From: Opitutales bacterium
Lineage (GTDB): Bacteria; Verrucomicrobiota; Verrucomicrobiia; Opitutales; UBA2987
Direction of reading: 5' to 3'
DNA length: 64,000 nucleotides
Assembly (NCBI GenBank): GCA_965226885.1
Contig: CBDDEL010000014.1
Coordinates: 320,001-384,000, forward strand
The position numbers were made by a program, and so were the translations under genes. The stretch's first letter is position 1. Every line of letters starts with the position of its first letter. The notes under the pieces were generated by a model that was not told where the DNA came from, did no database searches, and saw only the letters and a list, made by a program, of their open reading frames with translations. Of this stretch, positions 1 to 11,455 are shown piece after piece.

Positions 1-1076
1 TTTCACCTGGCGGCCGCCAATGATCCGCTCGTGCGCCTGTTTGATGACCACCGGGATTTGCTCGCTCATGCGCTCCATCCGGGCGAGGATCTGTTGGACC
101 TGTTTTTCGCTGTAATCGCTTTGCTCCCAGCAGGCTTGCAATAATTCCCGGTGACTGCGGGCATGCTCCCCGATCCGTTTGAGCAGCTTTTTCATCTGCC
201 TCAAGATACCCTTGCGCTGCCGCGCGCTGTCCTTTCGCCGCCGGCTGTGAGTCCTGTGAGTCATCTGTATGCACAGCCGATTCATCTGCCGAGCCAAGGG
301 CTCCGGTTCGATCGGCATGCGATGGCGCAAACCGGCCTTCTCGCGGATCAGCCGGATCGCTTTGAGCAACGTGCCGGCTACATCCTTGAGTAATACCCAG
401 TCCGTCGGCCAATGAATGTTAGCCTCCAAACAGGTGCCGTCGATCAGGCAAATGGTGGTGTCAATCGGCTTGTCCAATCCCACCTGCCGGGCCAGAAGGG
501 CATCGCCCACCACCTCAGTCAAGGTCCGGTGCAAGGCCCTCAACTGCTCTTCGCTGAAAAACTTCGAGGCCCGCTCCAGGGTGCTTTTGGAGATGCCCCT
601 GATGCCATCGATCTGCCGGACACGGCAAAAGTCGGCCAACAGATCGCTGCTGCCCAGAGCCCGCGACAAATGCCGAAACGAAATCCCTCCGAGCAGACGG
701 CCCAGCGTATCCATGCGCAGTGCCTTGATGGCAAAACTGGCCCGCTGCCGCCGGGCCTTTAGACCCATTGGCGGCCACCCCTCCAAGGCCAGCTCAATGG
801 CCTGCGATTCCACCTCCGAGTCGATCAGCAGCCGATCGATTCGATCAATGGTGGCGCGGAAGTTATCGTAATCGAGGCACCGGTCGACCACAGTTAAAGC
901 TGGACGCAGGAGGCATTGGATGGCTATATTTTTCATAGAAAGGGCTATATTGATTTTCGCTAACTCAATTATAGAACCCTTTTTTGGCCGGATCGAGCAA
1001 AAACTTGCTCTTTCCGGCTCTTTTTATCAACGTCATCCAGTTGACTATAAAATCTTTATATTTTTGGGACAGCCTC
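1..1076 (-). mobile_element. IS5-like/ISNCY DDE insertion sequence, partial (runs off window start)
   Basis: Near-identical to the full copies at 8294-10110 and 18482-20298; terminal IR TTTTGGGACAGCCTC ends at 1076; transposase ATG at 936; carries an in-frame 9-bp duplication at 245-262. Confidence 0.9.
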
Positions 1077-1079
1077 TAA

Positions 1080-1820
1080 TTACCGGCGTTGGTTCCAGGT
1101 TTTGGATTGGTAGTGGTGGCGGGTGGTTTTTTCTTTTTCTTTGGGGAATTGGGGCCAGGGTTTTTCCTCTGTTTCGGAGTTGGTTAGTTGAGTGAGTTCG
1201 TTTGTGTAGATTTTTTTGAATTGGGGGGGTAATAGTTTGGGGGTTTGGGTGATGGAGCCTTGCAGGAGGAGGCCGTGGCGGTTGCGTTTGAGGGCGGCTC
1301 CGGCTATTTTCCTTTTTGTCGCGGGGTCGATGACATCGCATGGTTCGGCTTTTTCAAAGCATACCGTTGGCCGTGAGGATTTGCCTGGTTTTCTCTTCGG
1401 TGCGGAAGCGAGTTCGGCCTGGAGGCCGCATTTCATGAGGGCGTTGGCCAGGGCCTGATGGACTGTATTGTAAACATGGGTGGCGTCCATTTTGGAAAAT
1501 GAGTGGCTGGGTGGAAAGACGATACTGTAGGTCCAGTCATGGCGGTGATCAACAATGCCTCCACCGGTGGGCCGCCGGCAAATTTGGGCACCCGGTGTCG
1601 CTATTTGTGCCTCGACCCAGGCAAACTTCTGGCTGTAGCCAAACGTGAAGGCGGGCGGTCCGGTCCAACCGTAATGGCGAAAACGCACGGCCTCCGGTTC
1701 CGGGTAATCTTCCAGCAGAAGGAGGTCTTCGGCCATGTTATCGAAGGCGTTGCCAAACCTGTCGGGTAATATGTGCATTTGGTCGTTCAATGCTGATCCA
1801 ATTGTGGAAGATATTGCCAT
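1080..1820 (-). CDS. Lipoate-protein ligase family protein (LplA/LipM-like)
   Basis: NMAEDLLLL, RHYGW, RRPTGGGIVDH, CF, KIAGAALKR and LLQGSI motifs; start uncertain (1820 or 1778). Confidence 0.85.
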   Translation of the reverse strand: MAISSTIGSALNDQMHILPDRFGNAFDNMAEDLLLLEDYPEPEAVRFRHYGWTGPPAFTFGYSQKFAWVEAQIATPGAQICRRPTGGGIVDHRHDWTYSIVFPPSHSFSKMDATHVYNTVHQALANALMKCGLQAELASAPKRKPGKSSRPTVCFEKAEPCDVIDPATKRKIAGAALKRNRHGLLLQGSITQTPKLLPPQFKKIYTNELTQLTNSETEEKPWPQFPKEKEKTTRHHYQSKTWNQRR

Positions 1821-1862
1821 AGCGCCAATTAAGAGCAAGTTTTGAAGCTTTGAAGTATTAAG

Positions 1863-2960
1863 ATGACATCCTACAGCGATTTGGCGCGAAAAGCCGCTCT
1901 CGACATACCGGTCTATAATCCCGGCAAACCCATTGAAATGGTGGCTATGGAATGCGATTTGGACCCCGCAACAATCCTCAAAATGGCCTCCAATGAGAAT
2001 CCCCTGGGGGCTTCCCCAATGGGCCTTGAGGCCGCTCGTAACGCGCTTTCCGGAGTGTCCCTCTACCCAGAAAACAGAGCCTATTTTTTGCGTCAAAAAC
2101 TAGCCGGAATTCGTGGGGTGCATCCCGATCAACTGGTCGTCGGTCATGGTTCGAACGAAATTATTCAATTGCTTTGCGCTGTTTTTGTGGAGCGTGGAGT
2201 TGACGTAGTCATGGGGGAGCACGCTTTTATCTCTTACAAACTTGCCGTTTTATTGCAGGAGGGAAATTGCCTGGAGGTTCCCTTAGTCGATTATTGCCAC
2301 GATTTGAAAGCCATGAGGGACGCGGTGACGCCGCAAACCCGGCTCATTTTTCTACCCTCCCCCAACAACCCCACCGGAACCTGCAATTCGGAAGCGGAAA
2401 TCTTGGAATTCGTTCGCAGCCTACCCGATCATGTGATTTTCTGCCTGGACGAGGCCTATGCCGAATACCTCGATCAACCCCCGGATTTGCGACCGCTCAT
2501 CTCGGAGGGCCGGAAGGTCATTTGCACGCGCACCTTCTCAAAAATCTACGGTCTGGCCGGTTTTCGCATCGGTTATGGCTATGGGCACCCGGAACTGGCG
2601 GACTTACTCAACCGGGTGCGCCCCCCCTTTAATGTAAACTCGGTGGCGCTGGCGGCGGCCCTGGGGGCGCTGCAGGACGAGGCTTTTGTGGCGAAGTCAA
2701 AATCCACCAATTTCGACGGTATGGCTCAATTAAGGGAAGGCTTTGATCAACTCGGGCTGGAATATGTGCCCAGCGTGGGCAACTTTATCCTTGTCCGCTT
2801 TGAGAATTCTGACAAAGTGTATTCTTATTTACATGACAGAGGAATCATTGTCCGCCCCCTTACAGGCTATGCCCTTCCCGAACATCTGAGAATAACCGTG
2901 GGCACAGAAGACCAGAACCGGAGCCTGCTCAATACTTTGGGCGAGTTTTTCGGGAATTAA
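1863..2960 (+). CDS. hisC: Histidinol-phosphate aminotransferase
   Basis: YNPGKPI, KMASNENPLG, PNNPTG, DEAYAEY, RTFSKIYGLAGFRIGY (PLP lysine). Confidence 0.93.
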   Translation: MTSYSDLARKAALDIPVYNPGKPIEMVAMECDLDPATILKMASNENPLGASPMGLEAARNALSGVSLYPENRAYFLRQKLAGIRGVHPDQLVVGHGSNEIIQLLCAVFVERGVDVVMGEHAFISYKLAVLLQEGNCLEVPLVDYCHDLKAMRDAVTPQTRLIFLPSPNNPTGTCNSEAEILEFVRSLPDHVIFCLDEAYAEYLDQPPDLRPLISEGRKVICTRTFSKIYGLAGFRIGYGYGHPELADLLNRVRPPFNVNSVALAAALGALQDEAFVAKSKSTNFDGMAQLREGFDQLGLEYVPSVGNFILVRFENSDKVYSYLHDRGIIVRPLTGYALPEHLRITVGTEDQNRSLLNTLGEFFGN

Positions 2961-2990
2961 CTTGATGTTGCTAATGATAACGGCTCTCTC

Positions 2991-4295
2991 GTGAATCCTG
3001 AACAGGTTGAGATACTGCTGCGCCTGTTCGGCGCAATGGGCTTGCTTTTTATGAACGCCTTGCTCGTAGCCGGCGAGTTCAGCATTATTAGATTGAGGCT
3101 GAGTTATTTTAATCCGGATTATCCAGAAAAACTCAAGGCGCGAAAACTCCCCCAGACATTGCTCGAAAATATCGACCAATCTGTTAATGTGGCGCGGTTT
3201 GGAAATCTTGTTTGCGCCCTGGGATATGCCCTCACGGCCTATCCGCTTTTTTATTATTTCCTCAAGGAAAGTGGTTTGCCGGATGCCTGGAGCGCCCGCC
3301 ATTTGGCTTTTTTGTTAACATTCGCAGTCTATTATTTATTTGGCGAACTGCTCCCCCGGGGTTTGGCCGTGGCATCACCGGTGCGCGTTTTGCACACGGC
3401 CACCCTGCCCGTAAGATTGGCCGGCCTGATGGGTCTGCCGATAGTCGGACCCTTCAAAAGGCTTTCCAGGTTTATCCTGAAGCGATTCGGCATGGAACCC
3501 GGTCTGGAATGGGAGGCTCTGGATATTGACGAGCAGCTTGATTCCTTGAAGGAGACTCCGAATAGCTCCCAGGTTTTGCTCAAAGTGATTAAGAACGCTT
3601 TGCAAATGCGAGAAGTGAAAGTGCAGGATATCCTTCTGCCGCGCAACCAGGTGCGGTATTTCGACGTCAATGTGGAAAACACCGTCAATCTCAAACTGGC
3701 CGAAGAGACCGGGCACACCCGCTTTCCTCTATGCGACGGCGATCTGGACAATTGCCTGGGCCTCATCCATATCAAGGATATTTTTCGATCCAGAGAAGAC
3801 TCCAAGGTTCTCGATTTTCGGCGTATCAAGCGCGAAATGATATGGGTAAGCGAAAACGACCCACTGGAAAAAGTCCTCCGCAAGCTTCTTTTGCGCAAAA
3901 CCCACATGGCCCTGGTGACGGATGAGTTCGGCGGCGCCAACGGTGTCGTTACCCTGGAATTGATCCTCGAACAATTGGTGGGTGAAATCCAGGACGAATT
4001 CGATGCCGAAGAAGAACTCATCCAATTGACGGGAGCCGATGAATATGCGATTTACGGACTGGCTTCGATCCGGGATATGGAGGAGGCCCTGGGGATTTCA
4101 TTAGAGAATAAAAATGAAGTGGCCTCATTTGGCGGGTTGATCACGGCTGAATTGGGCCGAATTCCCGACAACGGAGAAACCCTCGAATTGGAGCAACTGG
4201 AGGTGACCATTACCGAGGTGGACGAAACTCGAGTCATCGCCACCCGCGTCAAAGTCAGGCAGCCCTACAGGGACGGGCCAAATGAAGTGGGCTGA
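2991..4295 (+). CDS. Hemolysin/CorC-family membrane protein (DUF21-CBS-CorC)
   Basis: N-terminal TM segments, GELLPRGLA, HTRFPL, DEFGGANGVVTLE, LVGEIQDEFD. Confidence 0.9.
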   Translation: MNPEQVEILLRLFGAMGLLFMNALLVAGEFSIIRLRLSYFNPDYPEKLKARKLPQTLLENIDQSVNVARFGNLVCALGYALTAYPLFYYFLKESGLPDAWSARHLAFLLTFAVYYLFGELLPRGLAVASPVRVLHTATLPVRLAGLMGLPIVGPFKRLSRFILKRFGMEPGLEWEALDIDEQLDSLKETPNSSQVLLKVIKNALQMREVKVQDILLPRNQVRYFDVNVENTVNLKLAEETGHTRFPLCDGDLDNCLGLIHIKDIFRSREDSKVLDFRRIKREMIWVSENDPLEKVLRKLLLRKTHMALVTDEFGGANGVVTLELILEQLVGEIQDEFDAEEELIQLTGADEYAIYGLASIRDMEEALGISLENKNEVASFGGLITAELGRIPDNGETLELEQLEVTITEVDETRVIATRVKVRQPYRDGPNEVG

Positions 4296-4360
4296 AATTT
4301 GTATTGCTTTTCGATAATCAGGGCAACATTCCGATCACCCCGGCCCCTGTCTGTCCCTGT

Positions 4361-4392
4361 AAAAAAGAAGAACCGGCAAAAACCGGCTCTTC
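4361..4392 (-). terminator. Probable intrinsic terminator
   Basis: Minus strand GAAGAGCCGG-loop-CCGGTTCTTC followed by T6, downstream of the 4497-4727 gene. Confidence 0.55.
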
Positions 4393-4496
4393 CAACCAAA
4401 CTCGAATGCTTTTTATGCTAAATATTTTAAGTTACTTGAGCTAGGAGCTTTGGATAAATATAAAATCGGTAAGTCCGCCTGAAAACTTAAGCAAAT

Positions 4497-4727
4497 TTAG
4501 ATAAAAAAGTGAGAAGTTGTAGCGTTCCTGGCAAAATGGACCCTGGTGCGGTACCACTTGTCCTGGTGGTACCGAATCCACTCCAGCAATGCTCGATCAT
4601 AACCGATATCGTAGCCGACCTTTTCCGATTTCTTTTTTTTGTAGCGCCGGATTTCTTCTTTTTCCTCCAGGCACAATTGCAAGAATGTGGATTTTTCGAA
4701 CCCATTAACTTTCGGTGCTGATTTCAT
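4497..4727 (-). CDS. Small DUF4032-like hypothetical protein
   Basis: EEIRRYK..SEKVGYDIGYDRALLEWI resembles the E-I-x-H-K-W..SEK-x-G-x-DIG motif family common in Verrucomicrobia. Confidence 0.6.
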   Translation of the reverse strand: MKSAPKVNGFEKSTFLQLCLEEKEEIRRYKKKKSEKVGYDIGYDRALLEWIRYHQDKWYRTRVHFARNATTSHFFI

Positions 4728-4857
4728 AATACTGAATATAAAATATAGTCGGCATAATAATTCCTTATATTAAGAAATATTTTTTCTCATACTTCCCTAT
4801 CAAATTCCAAATGATTTTGGATTGCCTCGGTTGACGCCTCCTGCGATGTTTCGGCCC

Positions 4858-6264
4858 ATGGCAAAAAAACCACAGGCAACCTGGGGGGGCCGTTTCTCCG
4901 GGAATCCATCGGAATTGATGATCCGTTTCAGCGAATCGGTCTCCTTTGATCGGAGGCTGGCACCATTCGACGTGCTAGGGAGTAAGGCTCACGCCGCCAT
5001 GCTTTGCCATGTAGGTTTGCTCACGGTCGAGGAGCGAGATGCCATACAAGGCGGCCTGGATGCCATTTTGCGGGAAATCGAAAGGGGCGAGTTCCAATGG
5101 GATGAGACCCTCGAAGATGTGCACATGAATATCGAGCAGGCGCTCAGCGGCAAAGTTCCGGCCGCTTCCAAACTGCACACCGGGCGCAGCCGCAACGATC
5201 AGGTGGCAACGGATATGCGTCTTTTTTTCAAATCGGCCTGTGCCGAACTCGAAAACGCCATTAAAAGCCTTCTCGCTGCTCTGGTTGAAAAAGCGGGCCA
5301 GCATTGCGATATAATCGTCCCCGGCTACACCCATTTGCGCAGGGCCCAACCGGTGTCCTTAGCCTATCATTGGCTCGCTTACGTGGAAATGTTTAACCGC
5401 GATGGCGAACGATTTCGCTCGGTTGCGGAACACGCCAATACCTGTCCCTTGGGCTCCGGCGCCCTGGCCGGCAGCACCTTGCCTCTGGACCGCGAATTTA
5501 CGGCGCACGAGCTTGGATTTGTAGATAAAAAAGGCCGTCCTCAGTTGACCCGCAACAGTCTCGATGCCGTGGCCGATCGCGACCTTTTTCTGGAATTTGC
5601 GACCGCCTGCGCTATCTGCGGGACCCATTTTTCCCGCATGGCCGAGGATCTAATCATTTGGAGTTCGGAAGAATTCGGTTATCTCGAATTGCCGGAAGCC
5701 TTCACCACCGGTTCGAGCCTCATGCCGCAGAAAAAAAACCCCGATTCCCTCGAATTGATCCGGGGCAAAGCGGCGCGCCTGCAAGGAAACGCGCAAACCC
5801 TCTTCACGCTCCTCAAAGGTTTGCCCATGACCTACAACCGCGACCTGCAGGAAGACAAACAGCCCGTCTTCGATTCCCTCGACCATACTATGATTTCAAT
5901 CCAGGTTCTCAGCGCGGTTGTCGCCGGGCTGACAATCCGTGCAGACGTTTGCAAAGCGGCCGCCGCTGACCCGCAATTGCTGGCTACCGACCTCGTCGAT
6001 TACCTCGTGCAGCGACAGGTGCCTTTTCGGGAAGCCCACCACGCGGTCGGCAAGCTGGTTGCTCTGGCCGAGCAGGTGGGTTTGCCCATGAAGGAGCTTA
6101 CCTATGCTCAGGCTCGTCAAGCGCACCCCAAAATCGGGCCGGACTGGTACAAAGTATTCCACCTCGAAACGGCGCTTAAAAACCGCGAGAAACCCGGTAT
6201 GCCCGGCCCCCAGCAAATCCGCCAGGAAATCTCCCGCTGGCTCCAGCACCTGGCCGAGGGATAA
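4858..6264 (+). CDS. argH: Argininosuccinate lyase
   Basis: [39 protein letters not shown] signature. Confidence 0.97.
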   Translation: MAKKPQATWGGRFSGNPSELMIRFSESVSFDRRLAPFDVLGSKAHAAMLCHVGLLTVEERDAIQGGLDAILREIERGEFQWDETLEDVHMNIEQALSGKVPAASKLHTGRSRNDQVATDMRLFFKSACAELENAIKSLLAALVEKAGQHCDIIVPGYTHLRRAQPVSLAYHWLAYVEMFNRDGERFRSVAEHANTCPLGSGALAGSTLPLDREFTAHELGFVDKKGRPQLTRNSLDAVADRDLFLEFATACAICGTHFSRMAEDLIIWSSEEFGYLELPEAFTTGSSLMPQKKNPDSLELIRGKAARLQGNAQTLFTLLKGLPMTYNRDLQEDKQPVFDSLDHTMISIQVLSAVVAGLTIRADVCKAAAADPQLLATDLVDYLVQRQVPFREAHHAVGKLVALAEQVGLPMKELTYAQARQAHPKIGPDWYKVFHLETALKNREKPGMPGPQQIRQEISRWLQHLAEG

Positions 6265-6432
6265 AAACTTCGACAGGTGAGGCCAGAACTCGGCTGAGCG
6301 AGATCAACCAATTGGTTCAAATGGTTGAGTTATTAATACTTCAGAAAAATATACCAGAATGGACAATTCGGTGGTATCCCAAGTGAATACTCTGATTTTT
6401 TCAGATAAAATTAGGATTTGAGTCGTTCAGAT

Positions 6433-6950
6433 TTAATAGCGTAAGCGTAAGCCACCGTTGATCAGCCGTGGGTGGCCGATGGAAATGAGACCATTAGATG
6501 CCATTCCGGTTTCAAAGTTTTCATTGAGCAGATTTTCAATACCAAGAAATACCTCGATATTGTCATTGAGCCTAATTGTGCTGGCCCAATCCACGACCAC
6601 ATAGTCACCAAGTTCTAACGAATTTGTGTCGTTTTCGTACTGCGAGCTGGTATAGCGCACCTGCCAAACCTGTAACCAGTTTTTAACTGGTTCCCAATTA
6701 AGCGAAATAGCGAATTCGTGGGCAGGTGTCTGAGCTAGGCGATTCCCTTTCAGTTCCGGCTGGTCCTGGCTTTCACTAATGCGAGCATCGCTGTATAAAT
6801 AACTCAGGGCAATATGAAAACGGTCGCCAAAATCAAGGCCGGTCTCGAACTCAAAACCGTCCACTTCAGCCCGATCAAGATTTCGGCGCTGCCTGCAAGA
6901 ACCTCCGCTAGGCACGAACCCGCATGGCGCAATATTGCCGGGACCTTGGG
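6433..6950 (-). pseudogene. TonB-dependent receptor, C-terminal fragment truncated by IS1380
   Basis: beta-barrel pattern, GNRLAQTP, GIENLLNE, HPRLINGGLRLRY with terminal aromatic residue; 5' part replaced by IS at 6955. Confidence 0.85.
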
Positions 6951-8293
6951 CTAACCCGGATATTTCGTAAAAAAAGTATCGTTGATATGCTTAACTGCTG
7001 ATATACAGCAGGATAGATCAATAATTAAAGCAATATCAGCGATGACAAAAGGTAAACAATTAAAGCTACAGTTGACAAGGGTAAAAGGCCGCCGTGTGCG
7101 GGTTGATTTCAAGGGCGGAGAGGTTACTTCGGATGCCGGACTGCTTTTGATCCGGGAAGTGGATCGGCAGTTGGGCTTGACCGAACGAGCGGCCCGACAG
7201 TTAGTGGACAAACGGCAGAAGGGCAAAGTACGCCATGAGGTATTGGGGATGCTGCGGCAGCGCGTTTACGGGCTGGTGGCGGGCTATGAGGATTTGAACG
7301 ACTTTGATACCCTGCGCCACGATCCATTGTTGCAAACGGTAACGGGGCGCATTGAAACGTTGGCCAGCGCGCCGACTGTGTGTCGTTTTGAAAACGGGCA
7401 GGATCGGCGGGCGGCCTTTGCGGTAAACGAGCTGTTGGTCGAACAGTTCATGGGCTCCTTTGCCGAGGAACCCGAAGAGATCATCCTGGACTTTGACGGC
7501 ACCGACAATCCGGTGCACGGGCTCCAGGAGGGACGTTTTTTCCACGGTTATTATGATCATTACTGTTTTCTGCCGCTATATGTTTTTTGCGGTGATCAGC
7601 TGCTGGTGGCCTACCTGCGGCCGAGCAAGATCGATGCCAGCAAGCATGCCGGGGCCATCCTCAAATTGCTGGTTAAACGGATTCGCCAAAGCTGGCCCCG
7701 TACGCGGATTATTTGGCGCGCCGACAGTGGATTTTGTCGAGACCGGATACTCTCTTGGTGCGACCGCAACGAAGTTAGTTACATCGTGGGGATGGCTCGC
7801 AATGCACGCTTGCAGCAAGACGCCCAGCAGTTGCAAAAGCAGGCCAAAGAATGGTTCGAACTAAGGGGTAAAAAACAACGGTTATTCCAGGACTTCGTCT
7901 ATGCTGCCGATTCGTGGCGATGGCTGCGGTTGGTCATCCATAAAGCCGAACACACCGCACAGGGGTCCAACCCGCGCTTCGTGGTGACGAACCTGCCGGG
8001 CGATCCCCAGGAGCTTTACGACAAGGTATACTGTGGCCGCGGTGAAATGGAGAACCGAATCAAGGAACAGATGCAATTGTTCAGCGAGCGCACCAGCGCC
8101 CATCAATGGTGGGCCAATCAGTGCCGATTGCTCTTGTCGGCGCTGGCCTACACCTTGATGGAAGCCATGCGCCGGTTAGCCTTAAAAGGGACGAAGTGGG
8201 CGCGGGCCCAATGCCACACCCTGCGGCTCAAATTAATCAAGATCGGAGCGGTCATCGTGCGCAACACCCGAACGATTCACTTTCACCTAAGTG

Positions 8294-10110
8294 GAGGCTG
8301 TCCCAAAAGGGTGATTTTTGCGAGGGCTTTTGATAGGCGCTCATTTTAGAGTTATTTGCATTTGGGAGAGTATCAACTTTGCTCTCCTATGACGTTAGGA
8401 TACTGGTTTTGGGGTCCGGTTGCCTGGTTTTCTTTGTATGAGCCGACAGTACGGCTGTGAAAAAGTATTGTCCTTGCTTTTCCGCTCTCTAGGCCGCCGC
8501 TTTGGTTTTTAGTTCGTCTTGCTGGGCCAGCATCTTGGCTACTTTCCATAGGTTGTGCGAGAGTACCGACCAGGCTACGCTGATCGAGCGGTTGGCAAAG
8601 CCTTTGCTGCGCAACCGCCCGGCCTGCCAGCGATTCTTCAATACCCCGATCCGCCCTTCGGTGCTGGCCCGGCGCTTTTGCAATTGTCTGAACAGTGGTT
8701 CCTCCATCCGTTTTTTCAACTGCTTCGGATCGCGTGGACAGAGCGCGTCGTAGATTCCCTCCTGGGCTAACTGCCGGCGGGCCCGCTGGGAGGCAAATCC
8801 CCGGTCCGCGCACATGGCCGCTATGGGTTCTTCCAGGTTGAAGCGGTTCTGTCTTTGCAAACTCTCTTGCATTTGTTCATTTTCGCTTGGAGTTCGGCTG
8901 CCGTAGAGTTTCCAGTCCAGCAGGTACCCTTCAACGCTTTCTCCCAAAAACAGGGTGTTGCCGAACTCGACCTCTTGGCCCGCTTTACCTCGCACAATCA
9001 CCTGCCCATCGAGTTCGTAAACACTCAAGACTTTCTCTGCGTTTTTCACCTGCCGGCCGCCAATGATCCGCTCGTGCGCCTGTTTGATGACCACCGGGAT
9101 TTGCTCGCTCATGCGCTCCATCCGGGCGAGGATCTGTTGGACCTGTTTTTCGCTGTAATCGCTTTGCTCCCAGCAGGCTTGCAATAATTCCCGGTGACTG
9201 CGGGCATGCTCCCCGATCCGTTTGAGCAGCTTTTTCATCTGCCTCAAGATACCCTTGCGCTGCCGCGCGCTGTCCTTTCGCCGCCGGCTGTGGGTCATCT
9301 GTATGCACAGCCGATTCATCTGCCGAGCCAAGGGCTCCGGTTCGATCGGCATGCGATGGCGCAAACCGGCCTTCTCGCGGATCAGCCGGATCGCTTTGAG
9401 CAACGTGCCGGCTACATCCTTGAGTAATACCCAGTCCGTCGGCCAATGAATGTTAGCCTCCAAACAGGTGCCGTCGATCAGGCAAATGGTGGGGTCAATC
9501 GGCTTGTCCAATCCCACCTGCCGGGCCAGAAGGGCATCGCCCACCACCTCAGTCAAGGTCCGGTGCAAGGCCCTCAACTGCTCTTCGCTGAAAAACTTCG
9601 AGGCCCGCTCCAGGGTGCTTTTGGAGATGCCCCTGATGCCATCGATCTGCCGGACACGGCAAAAGTCGGCCAACAGATCGCTGCTGCCCAGAGCCCGCGA
9701 CAAATGCCGAAACGAAATCCCTCCGAGCAGACGGCCCAGCGTATCCATGCGCAGTGCCTTGATGGCAAAACTGGCCCGCTGCCGCCGGGCCTTTAGACCC
9801 ATTGGCGGCCACCCCTCCAAGGCCAGCTCAATGGCCTGCGATTCCACCTCCGAGTCGATCAGCAGCCGATCGATTCGATCAATGGTGGCGCGGAAGTTAT
9901 CGTAATCGAGGCACCGGTCGACCACAGTTAAAGCTGGACGCAGGAGGCATTGGATGGCTATATTTTTCATAGAAAGGGCTATATTGATTTTCGCTAACTC
10001 AATTATAGAACCCTTTTTTGGCCGGATCGAGCAAAAACTTGCTCTTTCCGGCTCTTTTTATCAACGTCATCCAGTTGACTATAAAATCTTTATATTTTTG
10101 GGACAGCCTC
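8294..10110 (-). mobile_element. IS5-like/ISNCY element, complete (1817 bp)
   Basis: IR GAGGCTGTCCCAAAA at both ends; 6-bp TSD TAAGTG (8288-8293, 10111-10116). Confidence 0.95.
8489..9970 (-). CDS. DDE transposase (IS5-like/ISNCY), 493 aa
   Basis: IDGTCLEANIHWPTD, GKAGQEVEFG, ADRGF, RRASTEGRIGVLK motifs. Confidence 0.9.
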   Translation of the reverse strand: MKNIAIQCLLRPALTVVDRCLDYDNFRATIDRIDRLLIDSEVESQAIELALEGWPPMGLKARRQRASFAIKALRMDTLGRLLGGISFRHLSRALGSSDLLADFCRVRQIDGIRGISKSTLERASKFFSEEQLRALHRTLTEVVGDALLARQVGLDKPIDPTICLIDGTCLEANIHWPTDWVLLKDVAGTLLKAIRLIREKAGLRHRMPIEPEPLARQMNRLCIQMTHSRRRKDSARQRKGILRQMKKLLKRIGEHARSHRELLQACWEQSDYSEKQVQQILARMERMSEQIPVVIKQAHERIIGGRQVKNAEKVLSVYELDGQVIVRGKAGQEVEFGNTLFLGESVEGYLLDWKLYGSRTPSENEQMQESLQRQNRFNLEEPIAAMCADRGFASQRARRQLAQEGIYDALCPRDPKQLKKRMEEPLFRQLQKRRASTEGRIGVLKNRWQAGRLRSKGFANRSISVAWSVLSHNLWKVAKMLAQQDELKTKAAA

Positions 10111-10354
10111 TAAGTGAGAGTTATCCTTGGGCCAGTCTTTTCAACCATGCGGCCCGCCGATTGGTGCCAACCTAAAGGGTGCATTGGTGCTGCCCCCGGC
10201 ACTACCGAACCAATGGGGGAAAGGGGGCAGTGTCTCTACACCCTGAAAAACACCTAAAAATCAAGACGATCTGCTCAAAATACAAAGAAATCCATCTCCA
10301 ATAGCAATAACGAGCACGAGCCAAACTTTACCCTTCATGAAATATCCGGGTTAG

Positions 10355-11455
10355 CCCGGATATTTCGTAAAAAAAGTATCGTTGATATGCTTAACTGCTG
10401 ATATACAGCAGGATAGATCAATAATTAAAGCAATATCAGCGATGACAAAAGGTAAACAATTAAAGCTACAGTTGACAAGGGTAAAAGGCCGCCGTGTGCG
10501 GGTTGATTTCAAGGGCGGAGAGGTTACTTCGGATGCCGGACTGCTTTTGATCCGGGAAGTGGATCGGCAGTTGGGCTTGACCGAACGAGCGGCCCGACAG
10601 TTAGTGGACAAACGGCAGAAGGGCAAAGTACGCCATGAGGTATTGGGGATGCTGCGGCAGCGCGTTTACGGGCTGGTGGCGGGCTATGAGGATTTGAACG
10701 ACTTTGATACCCTGCGCCACGATCCATTGTTGCAAACGGTAACGGGGCGCATTGAAACGTTGGCCAGCGCGCCGACTTTGTGTCGTTTTGAAAACGGGCA
10801 GGATCGGCGGGCGGCCTTTGCGGTAAACGAGCTGTTGGTCGAACAGTTCATGGGCTCCTTTGCCGAGGAACCCGAAGAGATCATCCTGGACTTTGACGCC
10901 ACCGACAATCCGGTGCACGGGCTCCAGGAGGGACGTTTTTTCCACGGTTATTATGATCATTACTGTTTTCTGCCGCTATATGTTTTTTGCGGTGATCAGC
11001 TGCTGGTGGCCTACCTGCGGCCGAGCAAGATCGATGCCAGCAAGCATGCCGGGGCCATCCTCAAATTGCTGGTTAAACGGATGCGCCAAAGCTGGCCCCG
11101 TACGCGGATTATTTGGCGCGCCGACAGTGGATTTTGTCGAGACCGGATACTCTCTTGGTGCGACCGCAACGAAGTTAGTTACATCGTGGGGATGGCTCGC
11201 AATGCACGCTTACAGCAAGACGCCCAGCAGTTGCAAAAGCAGGCCAAAGAATGGTTCGAACTAAGGGGTAAAAAACAACGGTTATTCCAGGACTTCGTCT
11301 ATGCTGCCGATTCGTGGCGATGGCTGCGGTTGGTCATCCATAAAGCCGAACACACCGCACAGGGGTCCAACCCGCGCTTCGTGGTGACGAACCTGCCGGG
11401 CGATCCCCAGGAGCTTTACGACAAGGTATACTGTGGCCGCGGTGAAATGGAGAAC
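10355..11455 (+). mobile_element. IS1380 element, 3'-truncated by IS3
   Basis: Left IR at 10355, 4 bp after the previous copy; transposase stops at GEMEN where IS3 begins; the remainder is absent after the IS3. Confidence 0.93.

Larger units (their letters stand above)
6955..10350 (+). mobile_element. IS1380-family element interrupted by an IS5-like element
   Basis: IRs CCCGGATATTTC / GAAATATCCGGG; transposase from 6982 (FKGGEVTSDAGLLL, RADSGF, RGEMENRIKE); last codons resume after 10110. Confidence 0.95.

Noticed and set aside
151..871. Recurrent small ORFs antisense to or overlapping transposases (also in other IS copies)
   Set aside because: They recur only because the IS is repeated; no independent coding evidence
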